A stretch of 64,000 bases of DNA from Somniosus microcephalus. Its lineage: Eukaryota. Made by a program: the position numbers and the translations under genes. The stretch is from assembly GCA_052327205.1 (NCBI GenBank), contig CM126224.1, positions 16,120,001 through 16,184,000 of the forward strand. Reading direction: 5' to 3'. Each line of letters starts with the position of its first letter. The first letter of the stretch is position 1. Shown here in pieces: positions 51,560 through 64,000 of the stretch. The notes beneath the pieces were generated by a model. It did not search any database, was not told the origin of the DNA, and worked only from the letters and a program-made list of their open reading frames with translations.

Positions 51560-52630
51560 AATTTTTTGAGCAAGTCACTGACATGGTGGATAGGAGAGTG
51601 TCTGTGGATGTTGCCTATATGGACTTTCAGAAGGCATAAGATTTTATCAAAAATGAAAGTTCACAATAGGAGTTAACTTTGTGACATGCATTGATAATTG
51701 GATGGGAGGTAGGAGACATTATTAGGGATAAAGGGAATGTTCACTGATTGGCAGGATGTGACAAGTGAACTGTACTGGGGTCTCAGCTTTTCACCATTTA
51801 TATTGATGATTTGGATGAAGGAATAGTGAGATGACACTGTTAGGAGGCATAGTAAGTTGTGTAAATGGAAGCAGGAAGTTGCAAAGGGACATAGACGGAC
51901 CAAGTGAGTGGGCAAAACTATGGCAGATGGAGTTCAATGTGGGGAAACGTGAGATGATCCGAGAAAGACAAATGGGGAGAGACAGTGCAGTGCACAGGTA
52001 TAAAAAGCAATCAGAAAGGCTAATAGAATGTTGGCCTTTTATCTCGAGAAGTTTGGAATACAAAAGTGAAGACATGATGTTTCAGCTGTACAGAACCTCG
52101 TTCAGACCCCATTTGGAGTACTGTATTCAGTTTTGGACACCGCACCTCAGGAGGGGGTACAACGCTACCTCAACTTCACTTTTTCCCGTCCGATCCCCAT
52201 ATCCCTTGATTCTCACAGAGCCCAAAATCTATCCATCTCAGCCTTGAATATACTCAATGACTGAGCACCCACAGCCCTTTGTGGTAGAGAATTCCAAAGA
52301 TTCACCACCCTCTGAGCGAAGAAATTCCTCTTCATCTCAGTCTTAAATTGCCGACCCCTTATCCTGAGACTATGCCAGTTAAGAGTTGAAATTGGGAAGC
52401 GTTTTTCACAGAGTAATGGAAATCTGGAACTCTCTTCCAAAAGGCTGTGGATGCTGAGTCAATTGAAATTTTCAAGACACAGATTGATAGATTTTTGTTA
52501 GGTAAGGGTATCAATGGATATGGAGAAAAGGCAGGTAAATGGAGTTGAGGTGCAGATCAACCAAGATTCGATAGAATGGTAGAACTGGCTTGAGGAGCTG
52601 AATGGCCTACTTCTATTCTTGTATTCCTAA
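51560..52630 (+). mobile_element. Old CR1 relic containing an inverted CR1 3' fragment (about 52157-52375, - strand)
   Basis: YMDFQKA, WQMEFNVGK and RPHLEYCIQFW on +; HSLRIRGRQFKTEMKRNFFAQRVVNLWNSLP on -. Confidence 0.8.
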
Positions 52631-53225
52631 GATTGGTGGAGACTCAGACTTGCTCGACTTCAGTCCAGGATCGAGGCATGGTCTGGAGGTCTGTAAGAGG
52701 AAGTTATATAAGTACAAGCAGGAGAAAGGAATCAAAGGATATGTTGATAGGGTGAGATGAAGCAAGGTCGGAGGAGGCTTGTGTGGAGCATAAACACTAG
52801 CATAGACCTTTTCTGTAACCATCTCCTACTATGAACATGGCACCAGTCATTTACTTACACGGCTAAAATCGTTCATTTTTCTCCTATTTCTCTCCTTAAT
52901 TTGGAAGGTTTCAAATTAAAGGCTGAAACCAAGCTCAGGGTATGCAGATCACTCTCCCTGTTTTCCGCTAGTCTAGCAAGTGGCACAATAGATGATTTAT
53001 TTTAACTACTTTTTCTTGCCTTGCCCTGTTAATGGTACGTTAAATGATTGGAATCCCCATCACACTTGAATCTCTTTACATTTACTAAGAGAAAAAAAGG
53101 GTGAGGAACTTTGCATCAGAATTTTTTTTCGGTACAATGCGACCACAATGAACTTGCAGGTTTTGTTTCAGGTCACATTTTGTTTTTATTTGTTAAATCC
53201 AGTTACTGATTGACCAGTTAATTAA

Positions 53226-53359
53226 GCAGTTCTGACGCAGGGTCATTGACCTGAAACGTTAACTCTGTTTCTCTCTCCACAGATGCTGCCTGACCTGCTG
53301 AGTATTTCCAGCATTTTCTGTTTTTATTTCAGATTTCCAGCATCCACAGTATTTTGCTT
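53226..53359 (+). mobile_element. Short Penelope-derived retroposon with a hammerhead-like 5' motif
   Basis: Flanked by a 16-bp direct repeat ttgacc(a/g)gttaattaa (53210-53225, 53360-53375). The body is similar to the Penelope terminal segments at 6480-6575 and 2705-2810. Confidence 0.65.
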
Positions 53360-53656
53360 TTGACCGGTTAATTAATATGCACTTGCAATTAAAACAACTG
53401 CATTATTGCCCCATCTCAGTGCTCAAAGGAAGTGGAGAGTAGATTCCAAGATTTTTCTCCCAGTTCAGGAAAAGGGCAGCGGGGGGGGAATTGAGTATAC
53501 ATTTGGCTAATAGTTTCCTTGCAAAACAGCCTTCTCGTAAACTGATCCCATTTACTTTCACTTGGTGTCAAACAGCATTACGGTAATAATTAACAGTGGG
53601 CTCCAACTGGAATAACACAAATTGGTACACTGAATTTATATTTTTTAAATCCTCAG

Positions 53657-53789
53657 AGATGCTTTAACAAAGATGAAGGATGTATACATCAAGAATCCTC
53701 AAATGGGTGATCCGAACAGTGTGGATCCCAGGCTGGCAGAAATTGGGCAAACTGTCGAGAAACTGCGACAAGAGATTCAGAAATTTGAG
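53657..53789 (+). CDS. FNBP1: FNBP1 exon, HR1 domain second half
   Basis: cctcag|AGAT...GAG|gtaata, 133 nt, phase 2/0. (R)[44 protein letters not shown]. Confidence 0.96.
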
Positions 53790-54408
53790 GTAATATATGA
53801 CATGAGGTAAAAGTCGTATTTTGTTTTTTCCAGGTCCAAATACAACTGACGTTATTTCCTAAAGCTACCCACATCCTGTCTGTTTCACCTTACTGATTCA
53901 TTAATCCTGAAGTGGCTGCCAGTCTGTGTTAACATGCCAACATGATGATAAATAGTCCATGGCAAGGTTTTGGAAATTGTTTTCTGTCTTTTTGTTAATG
54001 AAACTGTCTTTCTAAGTAGAATTACACTGCTAAGTTAACGTGTTTTTAAAAAGATCTAGATGTCTCTACATTATTGAAAGCTTATGTAAAAACTGCAACA
54101 AAAAAAACCTAGGGTCAATTGATCAAGTAGACACTAATTAAAATGTGATGTCTTTGACTGGCATCTTCTGCACTAAACCATTTGATTTAATTAGAAGGAA
54201 AGTAATTGTTCTGATTTATTGCATTTGATTGTAACTTGGCACTGCAGCCAAACAGAAAGCTATCTATGATACTAAATTGGATTCAGGCAATGTTGTACTT
54301 AATCCTTTGAGGACTATAGACCATTACCATTGTTGACATTATCTAATGCTTGGCAATCCCCTCTGAATTCAAGACATCGAATAGTGCAGTTATTAGGAAA
54401 TATATAAT

Positions 54409-55090
54409 GGCCCAAAGTTTTCGATCGGAGGCTTCCTGTGGGCGGATGCCTCTGACCTGTAAAAAATTTACAAATTTACCTGGTGGCCTGGGAGGTATGA
54501 AGAATTGTGATCCTGGGCCTCTCTGGGTACGGGCAAGCAGAGGCCCACGTATCCTAGATGCACATGCGATTCACAAGCGCCCCTGGAATCACGTGGGCCG
54601 GCCCAACCAATAAAAGTTCTGTATGCACTAAACTCCCATAAGCATGAATGGGGATCACTTAAAAAATACACGAAAACATGAAATAAATGCTTTAAAACAT
54701 TACATATTTAAAATTAATTAAAATTTTGGGGGGGAAAATTTGTTTTAATGGGGCTAAAAATAAACTTACCTTATTGGACAGGGTTTTTATTTAATGTATA
54801 AATGAGTGATAACATTTTATTTTTTTAAACTCTTATGCTGGTAAAAGCAGACCTTATGCCTGCTTTCACCAGGCGTAAGAATTTCATGGGCTTTCAGCGG
54901 GCGGAAGTTGGGCAAATAGCGCAACTCTCTACCCGCAGAGGCCCTTCTCCCGGGGATGCGGAGGATTCTTGACATCGCAAGTTCTGGGTTTTAGTGCATG
55001 CGCTTTGCATGCCTAAACCCGGAACCTGTGCGGCCCTTACGGGTGCATACACACCTCGTACGCACCCGTAGGTGTCACAAAATATGGCCC
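54409..55090. mobile_element. Harbinger-type MITE, diverged
   Basis: Imperfect TIR ggcccaaagttt / aaaatatggccc, flanks AAT and TAT; GC-rich arms around an AT-rich core, like 17606-18329. Confidence 0.55.
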
Positions 55091-56099
55091 TATACCTTTT
55101 AGTTAGATTATCCCCTTCATATCCTCCTTGACAGTACTCCCTTGATTATGGCTGAAAGGGCATTTCTGTGGTCTCTGCCAGTGCCATGCAGTGCTCAATC
55201 ATTAGAAGTCACTGAAGTGAAATACCTTGCAAACTTTTCCATGTCGCCCACAATCAAACCTGAGCCAGAGGAAATAAGTAACTTTGTGGGGGAGGAAACT
55301 AGCCAAGACTAGGATTTGATCCCAAGTTGTTCTGATGTGGCATGTTCCACAATGTTGTTCTACTAAAGTACTCCTTATCAATCTTTTCATTCTGTGGCAG
55401 AAGTGCAGTGTGTTACATTTAGAACAAACTTGTTTTAAGTCGCACGAGTTACAAGATTTAAGAATAACTGTTTCATGTTCTAAGATAATTAAAACCTCTT
55501 TGTTCTGTCCCTGAATGACGTCGTGGTGGTGTGTGGAGCAATTATGTTGAAAAAATATAGTGAGAGTTATAGTCATGAATCTGTTACCAGAAAGGAAGTT
55601 TTACCATAATTATAGTTATTGAAGATGGAAGGAAGCTTGCCTATTAGAATCTGTTTTAAGGTCAGTGACTTTCTTTACATTTAATGTACTCCACTGAGAT
55701 CAGGCTGCCAACTCGATAGCCCTCACTGCTACTGAAACTCTGATCCCCAATGTTACCCCTATGAGGCTCGGATTCCCCACAAGCTATAATTTACCGTATT
55801 CCTATTGCTCCTATCCTTGCCAAGCTTCTGTGCCTTCCCATGTCCCAGCTAATTGATTTTAAAATCCTCGTTCCCAACAGCTTGTCAACACTCATTGATT
55901 AGGCTCACAAATGAAGAGTAGTCACTTGGGTGAGGAAATGGAGGGCTGTCAGTTCCTGTGAAATCAGAAATCAAAGCTTTCAAGAGAAAAGAAAATTAGA
56001 GATTTTTTTGTTTAACTATGTTGGTTTTAAGTTTTTTTTAAGAAAAAGATTTTGAAGTAAAAGCTTTAAAGGGTAAGAACGTAGCCAGCATATCTGCAT

Positions 56100-57540
56100 T
56101 CGTGGCTTTTCCTCCTAAGCATTATCACCTGGTGTGCCCCAAGGTTCCAGTCTCCCTATTCCTCATCTCAGCAACATTATCTATGGGATCAACTTCGATA
56201 TATATGGTGAGGATAACCATATTACTTCTCTATCATCCTCCATACCACAATTATTTGCCGTTCTCCATGACTGACTTTCTGCCCTTGACATTCAACGGCA
56301 TTACCATTGTCTAATCCCCCACCATCAACATCCTGGGGGTCACCATTGACCAGAAACTTAACTGGACCAGCCACATAAATACTGTGGCTACAAGAACAGG
56401 TCAGAGGCTGGGTATTCTGTGGCGAGTGACACCTCCTGACTCCCCAAAGCCTTTCCACCATCTACAAGGCACAAGTCAGGTGTGTGATGGAATATTCCCC
56501 ACTTGCCAGGATGAGTGCAGCGCCAACAACAGTCAAGAAGCTCAACACCATCCAGGACAAAGCAGCCTGCTCGATTGCCTCTCCATCCACCACCTTAAAC
56601 ATTCAATCCCTCCACCACCCACGCACTGTGACTGCAGTGTGCACCATCTACAAGATGCACTGCAGCAACTTGCCAAGGCTTCTTCGGCAGCACCTCCCAA
56701 ACCCGCGACCTCTACCACCTAGAAAGACGAGGACAACAGGTGCATGAGAACACCACCACCTCCAAGACCCCTCCAAGTCGCACACCATCCTGACTTGGAA
56801 ATATATTGCCGTTCCTTCATCGTCGCTTGGTCAAAATCCTGGAACTCCCTACTTAACAGCACTGTGGGAGTACTTTCACCACACAGACTGCAGCGGTTCA
56901 AGGCGGAGGCTGGCCACCATCTTCTGAAGGGCAATTAGGGATGGGCAAAAAATGCTGGCCTTGCCAGCAACACCCACATACCGTGAATGAATAAAAAATA
57001 TTGGCAAGAACAAAGCTAACCTGTTCTTTAGTTCCAATCAAGTATCTCTACCTGCAGACTCGGACTGAACCCAGTGGTGTGCAACTACATAAACCCCAAC
57101 TCATTCAGAATTTCGCCATCCACATACCAACTTGCATAAGTCTTATTAGTCAGTCGTTCAAATCTCCACTGGCTCTCCATCCCCCATCACAATGATTTCA
57201 GATATCCTCATTTTTCCCCTCCACCCATTTTTATCTCTACATCTAGCTTGCGCCCTCCGCTCTTCCAGTTCTGGTCTATTGTACGTTTTTCATCCCTTTT
57301 TTGCTCCATCAGTGGTAGAGCTTTTAGCTACCTTAACCCCGCACTCTCGAATTCGTTTCCCAAACCACTGCACCTTGCCACGTCGCTCCGTACATTCAAA
57401 AGCCTCCTTAAAAACGTTGAGCCTTAGATCACCTCCCCAATTCTTCTCTCTACTTCTGCTGGGATGTGACGCCCACTTTGTGAAGTGCCTTAGGATGTTT
57501 TTGCTCATTTATTGAGTTATATAAGTGCAGGTTGTCATTG
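56100..57540 (+). mobile_element. Old L2 relic interrupted by LINE copy 3
   Basis: GVPQGS at 56131, degraded LHWL / LRSSSSGLL segment, and L2 tail atataagtgcaggttgtcattg. Confidence 0.55.
56279..57000 (+). mobile_element. 5'-truncated LINE, same family as 1-1831 (copy 3)
   Basis: Near-identical to the 3' part of the two other copies; ends in gaatgaataaaaata. Confidence 0.92.
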
Positions 57541-58031
57541 CGCTAAGTAATTTGTTTTATTGGGTCACAATACATTTTTGCTGTAAAGGGCCACCTTGCC
57601 TCCACAGGAAGAAATATTGATGTTTAAAATCTCACCTTCGGGTGCTGTACTATGTGGAGTGGAGTAATTTTGGAGCCATTGAGATGACCATCTCTAATTT
57701 GCCTACCTTGCCTAGCTGAAAACATGAAAGTGAGAATATATATGAGATAAAATGGAAACTAAGCAAAAGGAATTATGATTGTTTGTGTGTTCACCATTCA
57801 CGGTTATCAGGATGCAATGTAACCTGCAATAAACTTATTAAGATAGCAAATTATCCAGATGAAGGTGCTTTCAGGAACTTCACAGGGAAACAATACAGAT
57901 TAGAATTCAATAAGCTTTGACAGCTGTTTACTTTCTTTCCCACCCAAATCTCATATCTTCCAGCACAAGACAATGTCACTTGCACTACACTGTTCTGCTT
58001 AAAAGTAGGGCAAATTGTTAAGTGTAAGGAC

Positions 58032-58262
58032 GGAAAGAAGGAACTTGTATTTATATAGTGTCTTTCACCCAGCCTCAGGATGCCCCAAAGCACTTTTACA
58101 GCCATTGAAGTACATCTTTAAAAATTGTAGTTACTGTTGATGTAGGGAAATGCAGCAGCCAGTTTGTGTACAACAAGGTCCCACAAACAGCAATGAGATA
58201 CATGCCCAAATAATCTGTTTTATTGATGTTGGTTGACGGTTAAATATTGGCCAGGACACTAG
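58032..58262 (-). mobile_element. Deu-SINE 3' half
   Basis: Reverse complement resembles 2480-2701. Confidence 0.65.
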
Positions 58263-58324
58263 AAGTTTAGCCAGGGAAACAAAAGCCGAGCATTCACTTC
58301 AGGCACTGAGACTTCTTGTAACTG

Positions 58325-58535
58325 AAAATTGGTTTTAAGATAATTGACAAAAGAACCAGAGGGGAGATGAGAATTTCTTTTACACAGTGACTAACTTTCA
58401 ATGGAGAATTGGATATATACTTGAAAAGGAAAAATTTGCAGGCTAAGGGGCGTGGGAGTAATTGGATAGCTCTTTCAAAGAGCCGGCAGAGGCATGATGG
58501 GCCGAATGTCGTCCTCCTATGCTGTATGATTCTAT
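58325..58535 (+). mobile_element. CR1 3' tail
   Basis: ggatagctctttcaaagagccggca...gggccgaatg, as at 26240-26540. Confidence 0.75.
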
Positions 58536-59749
58536 TTACTTTAGATGTTCGCTGCAATGATGGCTCCACTTGATCTTCCTCCTGGGCAGAGATGCCATGA
58601 GAATGTTGGCTGAAGCTAACGTTTTGTACCACATGGCACAGTACATTAATACCTTGGAGTACTATATGGCTTCTTCATCAATAAACTTATAATTAATATG
58701 GTTCTCATTTATGTTTTGAAGTTTTGCTTCTGCTTTATGCTGAACACAATAGAAAAGTGGTAGAATTAATTTTTGATTAGGGCATGCATGACTGATTTAT
58801 TTCTCATTGTATTTGTTTTCCAGTTTCTCCCCTCCTGATTCCTGGAATGGTCCAGTTCTATAGACTCTGACTCTCCTCCAGTACCTCGATTTAATTGGCC
58901 ATTATTCTTGCATGAGCGTAGAAATGTGTGTTGGCATGTTGTTGGTTCATGGGGAGCAAGCCAGCCACATTCTATCCAGTCCTCACCTGATGTCCACTTG
59001 TGCACAGTTTCCAGCAGGATTCTCTGGGAAGCAGCAATCTTGGCTAGTTTTTCCCCTACTTAGTTTGGGGTGGGGGTGTTGAGGTCAACTGTCGTGCCCC
59101 CACAACTATAGCCAAAATCAGCTAACTCTGCACAAACCAGAAATCAAACCTGGGATCTTGCTAGTCTATATGGCTCAGTGCCAAACACACACAACAGTGT
59201 CCTTGCCCACCACTGGACCTCACTTATTGATTTTGATTACATCTTTCCTCACTAGTAAAATTAACATTTAGACTGTATGGGAAGTGACCTAAAATTAGAA
59301 CGAGAACTAAACAAGGAACAAGAATGAATACCAGGGAGTGGTAATTCCTATTCCCTGAAGTAAAACATTTACCTTTATCAAGATTGTTGCTGCAAGTGTA
59401 CATATATTTTATGCACTGAGGTCTACTTATTTAACAATTTAGATTAGATGACACACAACAAACATTGTAATCCACCTAACCACTAAGTGGGAGCAGATAA
59501 TTAGTTTATGGCAGAACACTGAACCATGACTTCATCCATACTGCTAAGCTATGCCAGCCTTAGCCACTATAAACTCCCTTATCATTGTGTACTTATTAGG
59601 AAAAGCTTGAAACAATGAATGAACTGAGGGTTTGCCAATAACTTAAGATAAAATAAGCAATAATCTTCTAATCTGGCAGACCTAAAATGTAATATGAAAC
59701 TTAAATTAGGTGATTGAAACTGCCCTTGGTCTTGGATTGAAATCTGTAA

Positions 59750-60090
59750 CACACTGAGTAGCACCAAGCCATACAAAGCAGAAGGTCCCGGGTTTGATAC
59801 CCAGCCTGTGTTGAATTAGCTGGTCTCAGCTAGGACAGCAGTAGAAGTTGTGCAATTGGCCTCGGACGTCTCTGAGACGAGGGAGGAGAAATTCCTGCTT
59901 GTGATCGCTGGAAAGTGCACGTGTGGTTTTTGGGTGAGACCAGTTTTGGGCTTGGCTGTGATGCTCTCTACAGTCAAGAAGTCTGACAACAGATTGTTTA
60001 AGGTCAGACATGAACAGTTGCTTGTTTAAGGTACTGGAGGCACCGTATCCCAACATGAGTCAACCTTCAGAAGCAATGGGGAGAAAATTG
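59750..60090 (+). mobile_element. Old tRNA-derived SINE copy
   Basis: B-box-like ggtttgatacc; body similar to the other copies. An opposite-strand copy lies at about 58850-59200. Confidence 0.5.
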
Positions 60091-62439
60091 AGAATTTCAC
60101 CATTTTTTTTTTGAAGAGCATGTTGAGGCACATTGGTGCCAGTAACAGCACAGATTTGTCTCCACTGTCTTAACGGTGTCTGAGGAAAGCTGTGCAGAAG
60201 ACAGGTGCTTTACCAGAGGTAGGGAGGCAACATTGATGGCAGTCAGTCAAAGCCATTCCCACACCACCTAGTATCCAGATACACATCAGCATAGCCAACA
60301 ATCTTAGGAGTTGTGGGAAGGAAGTCTGATTAGGACAGTGTGTCAAACTCCAGGCACTGACTGTTAAATGAATATTCACAGCAAGATCACTAGCTCAAGA
60401 ATTGTTTGAAAGCAGGTTTTACACTGGATCAGGTCTCCGGCACATTATTCAGTATTATTGCGCCCCCTGATGACTATAGATTGCAATCATAACTTCAGTC
60501 TTTAGAGTGGAAAAAGAAACTAACCAAATTATTCTATATGTGCAGAGGGACCAAATGGCTGATGTGCACCACAGCTCTTTCACCTTGGGGATACTGAGTT
60601 AAAATCCAATGCAGACATAGGGTGGCTCTCTGATCGTCATAGGTTATATATTGAATGAATTTAGGATGCTATTGATTCTTTGCCAGAAATGAAAAGGTTA
60701 AAAAATGGCAAATTTAGGAAATCTGAAATAGAAACAAAAACTGATGTAAATGTAGAGCAGGTCAGTCAGCTTGTGAAAGAGATAAAACAGGTTAGTATTT
60801 GGGTTAAAACAAAAGGTATCTACTGAAACGTTCATCCAATTTTTCTGTTTTCAAATGATGTATTTGTAGCATTTTTCTGTATTTTAATTCCATTCTTGGA
60901 TAGTTTACTGATGAATTCTCAAAATGTTTTATACTATGCACCTGCAATCTCACTCAGGCCTCAGGTCAGACATTGGTGCAGTGATGCTCTTCCAAAGCTG
61001 GGTGTTAAAACACATTATTGATCGCTATACCTGAGCTAGAACTGCTAAACTTGCATATTGTGTTGAAAAAATATTCTGCTTTACAATATTGACTGAGCAG
61101 AAAACCCCCTCCTCCCCGCCCCCCCCCCCCCCCCCAAGAAAAAATATTTAGACTGTTTTAAACAACCAAGAATTAAATCTCAAGCTTTATTAATAGACGG
61201 CATTGGAGCTTGGCGTTTAGGAGTGAAATAAATCAATATTCAATTTGGCTTCCAGCACAAAAGCTTGAGTAGTGTCCCTGTTTCCCCCAACCCTTAACTG
61301 AAGCAACAGCTTCTGATTCCTAGCAGCAAAGGATTTAAACTATCCTGGAGGATCTGCATGGAAAAAACATTGTCACATTTTCAATTTTTGCATTGGGTTG
61401 AATTGTACCAGCTATCAGCTTGCATTTATTTATAATTAACTAACTTCAAAATTCTTCAGCCAATTTGATTTCTAGTCTGTGCTGTTAGTTGGTTTCATCC
61501 AAGGTGGGGATAGGAAATGCTGCAATTAGCCTCAGTGCCTCATGCTAGGGAAGAAGGAAATCAGCCACAGTTCCTGCTCCTCATCTCTTCAGGAAAGGGA
61601 GGTGAAAATAAGCACTTTGTCAGTGAAACTATACCAGAGGATTTTACTAATTGTCATATGCTGTTATGACATTACATAAGGTCAATGTCATAAGCACTTG
61701 CATAATCATAAATTTTATAAAGCGACTTAACTACACATTTACACGTCTTGCAGTTAACCTTTTGTTTTATGATTTGGAACAGCCAAATTGAAGCACTCAA
61801 GGTGATGCCATTTTGTATAGAATTCCATTTTATGTGACATCATGATGTCCTAGTCCAGTGATATCAGGAATTTTGCATACTGCCCCCAGATCCCATTTAT
61901 GAAGTTACTGGGCTGGAGCATCATGATGTCATGTGAAGTTCTACACAATGGCCCTGAAATTCCACAATGTTTTTGCATGTCCGGAGCCTAAAATCAAGGC
62001 AGGTTATTAGTTTGGCTAGCAAATTAGGGCAGAAGCCATTTTTGCAGGTTTTCTGTCCCATAATTGATCTAGTGAATTTCCAAATGTGATTTGACCCTTC
62101 CAGCAATATGCCCACAGTCTCCATGCTGCTCGTTTAAATATATATGATATGAGGGCCCTGGCACTGCAGCCTTGAATTTCCTGGTTTTATGCTTGCAATA
62201 CAGTAGAAGTCAATTAAAATTAGAAATATAAGGATCAGCTGAGACTGACAGAAATTAGGAGTTTTTGTGCCTGAAGATTGCAGAAAGTTTGAGGCACAAT
62301 TACTGCAGCTCGACCCACTTTTTTGATTTTTTTAAAATCAGACTACACAGCCCTGGACTTACTTCTGACTGCCTGTGGACATGAGACTTCTCGGGTGCAG
62401 ACATCACATTCCCTATAAGGGAGGATGTAGGAAAGAAGA

Positions 62440-62965
62440 GTGAGGCAGCATTTAAGGAGATATCCCACCAGATATTTCCTGCCCCCCAGTGAATATACAG
62501 GCACCACAGTTGATACGAAGACCTAAGTAAGGGGATACTTATTGGATGAGGACCTGCAGCTATAGTTATCTGCCCACACTGCTCTATTTGTGGCTATGAA
62601 GGGTAATGACTGCACTCAACTTTTATGGCAACAGATCATTTCAGGCAGCCACAGGGTGTCTCTGTAATATCAGCCAGGGTGTAGTGATGGCATGTATTTG
62701 GGAGAGCTGGAGATTTCATTGACTTTGGTATCAGCAAGATAAGACCATCCAGTTTTACTGGCTTTCTGAAGGACCATGGTGCATTAAGTAGCAACCACAT
62801 TGCTTTGCGCGATGCTGCAATCAACCCTGTCAACTTTCTCAACAGAAAGGGCTTTCAGTCCTTTAATATGTAGATTGTGTGTAACAGCATGCAAAGGATG
62901 TTGTATTTCAACACGAGATATGTTTCAAGTTGTCACAATGCCTTCATCCTTCAAAGATCAGGAGT
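62440..62965 (+). pseudogene. Ancient Harbinger (HARBI1-like) transposase relic, N-terminal and catalytic part
   Basis: Manual translation gives TALNF...SFQAATG...ISQ and GFLKDHGALSSNHIAL...FLNRKGFQSFNM*IVCN...RYVSSCHNAFIL, a degenerate form of GAIDxTH / NRKGxHSxNVQ / GSxHD. Catalytic Asp residues are lost, with stops and frameshifts. Confidence 0.8.
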
Positions 62966-63467
62966 AGTGAAATGTGTAAATTGTAGCTCCCCTACTGCCA
63001 TTCTAGCTGAGATCAACTAAGCACAGACCAGGAATTGAACATGGAACCTCTGGTTTGTATAACTTCCTACACAGTAGTGCAGTTATCAACTGAGCCACCA
63101 GAGTATCGGTTTCCATTGCTTCCTTCCCACCCCAGCTCACCTGGGTTAATACATATAATGCTGCAAAAAAAAATGCAGCAATCAATCGTTATGCAAGCTC
63201 AACAGCTTTTAACATTATTTGCAAGCACATCAAGTCAAGTTGATTAAAACTAATTTTTATAGTAAATACTGCATATTTTTTAAACTGTGCATGCTGCACA
63301 GAACTCTCATTGTAATCTGTAACCATCAGGGTTATTTCTGCACAATTTGAAAAATTATTTGCTTTTTTCAGAATTATAGAGAAAGTAATTCAGTCCTCCG
63401 TGTTAAAGCTACTTCGCTCTTGTATCTTCATGTACTTTAGTATTCACCTGCCTCCAATTGTTTTCAG

Positions 63468-63586
63468 GCATGGCTTGCTGAGGTAGAAGGCCGTTTACCA
63501 GCCAAGACTGATCAGCCACGACGACAGAGTGAGATGTATGAGGTGCAGAGCACTGCTGTCAACAATTGTGCACAAGACCGTGAGAG
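63468..63586 (+). CDS. FNBP1: FNBP1 exon, end of HR1 and linker towards SH3
   Basis: ttttcag|GCA...GAGAG|gtacag, 119 nt, phase 0/2. [39 protein letters not shown](S). Confidence 0.96.
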
Positions 63587-64000
63587 GTACAGTATGGTTA
63601 CTAATTGCAATAACAACTGCTTGAATAAGATGTGCGATGAGAAGTGTAAGTAAATTAAGAGGTCAGGTTCCCTAAGGTGATGGTGCATTTTACAATGGAA
63701 GACTGAAGCTCGAACCTGTCCATAAATAGGAAACATTGAAAATTTTGGAACAGATGAAGGCCACTTGGTGCAACAACCTTTTTGACTGATCTAAATCTGC
63801 CTTCTCATCATATTCCTCTCACTTCTTTCTACAGAAACACTGGTTATGCCTCAAACCTATTTGTATCATGTGCTTCAATAACCATTTCTGGTAACTTAAC
63901 TCACAGATCTATTAACCATTGTGTGAAATAGTTCTGTATGAATTCCCCATTTACTCCTAAAGAACATTGATGACCTAATGTTGTATATATTGTAAGTTTA

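Overview
This is vertebrate genomic DNA. The CR1/L2/Penelope/Harbinger/Deu-SINE repeat mix points to a cartilaginous fish (shark), which is an inference. The window is the intron-rich middle of the formin-binding protein 1 gene (FNBP1/FBP17/Rapostlin; F-BAR-HR1-SH3 family) on the + strand. Six coding exons join in frame through canonical AG/GT sites: 21553-21747, 25789-25971 (61-aa proline-rich insert), 43139-43153 (15-nt LSLKL microexon), 50240-50349, 53657-53789 and 63468-63586. They cover the end of the F-BAR region, the insert, HR1 and the linker; the start codon and SH3 domain lie outside the window. Most other ORFs in the track are decayed transposons or chance ORFs. Points of interest: (1) a candidate second in-frame microexon 128 nt after LSLKL; (2) an exon-internal acceptor whose pyrimidine tract is the polyproline coding sequence; (3) a 30-bp minisatellite made of tandem in-frame AG|GT splice-site-like units; (4) a 134-bp insertion with a 16-bp target-site duplication (TSD) that starts with a hammerhead-ribozyme-like motif; (5) Harbinger-type elements sharing an ANT (often C-ANT-G) target. 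I found no prokaryote-type system such as CRISPR. Repeat boundaries without a TIR or TSD are approximate, and family names come from recognition, not database searches.
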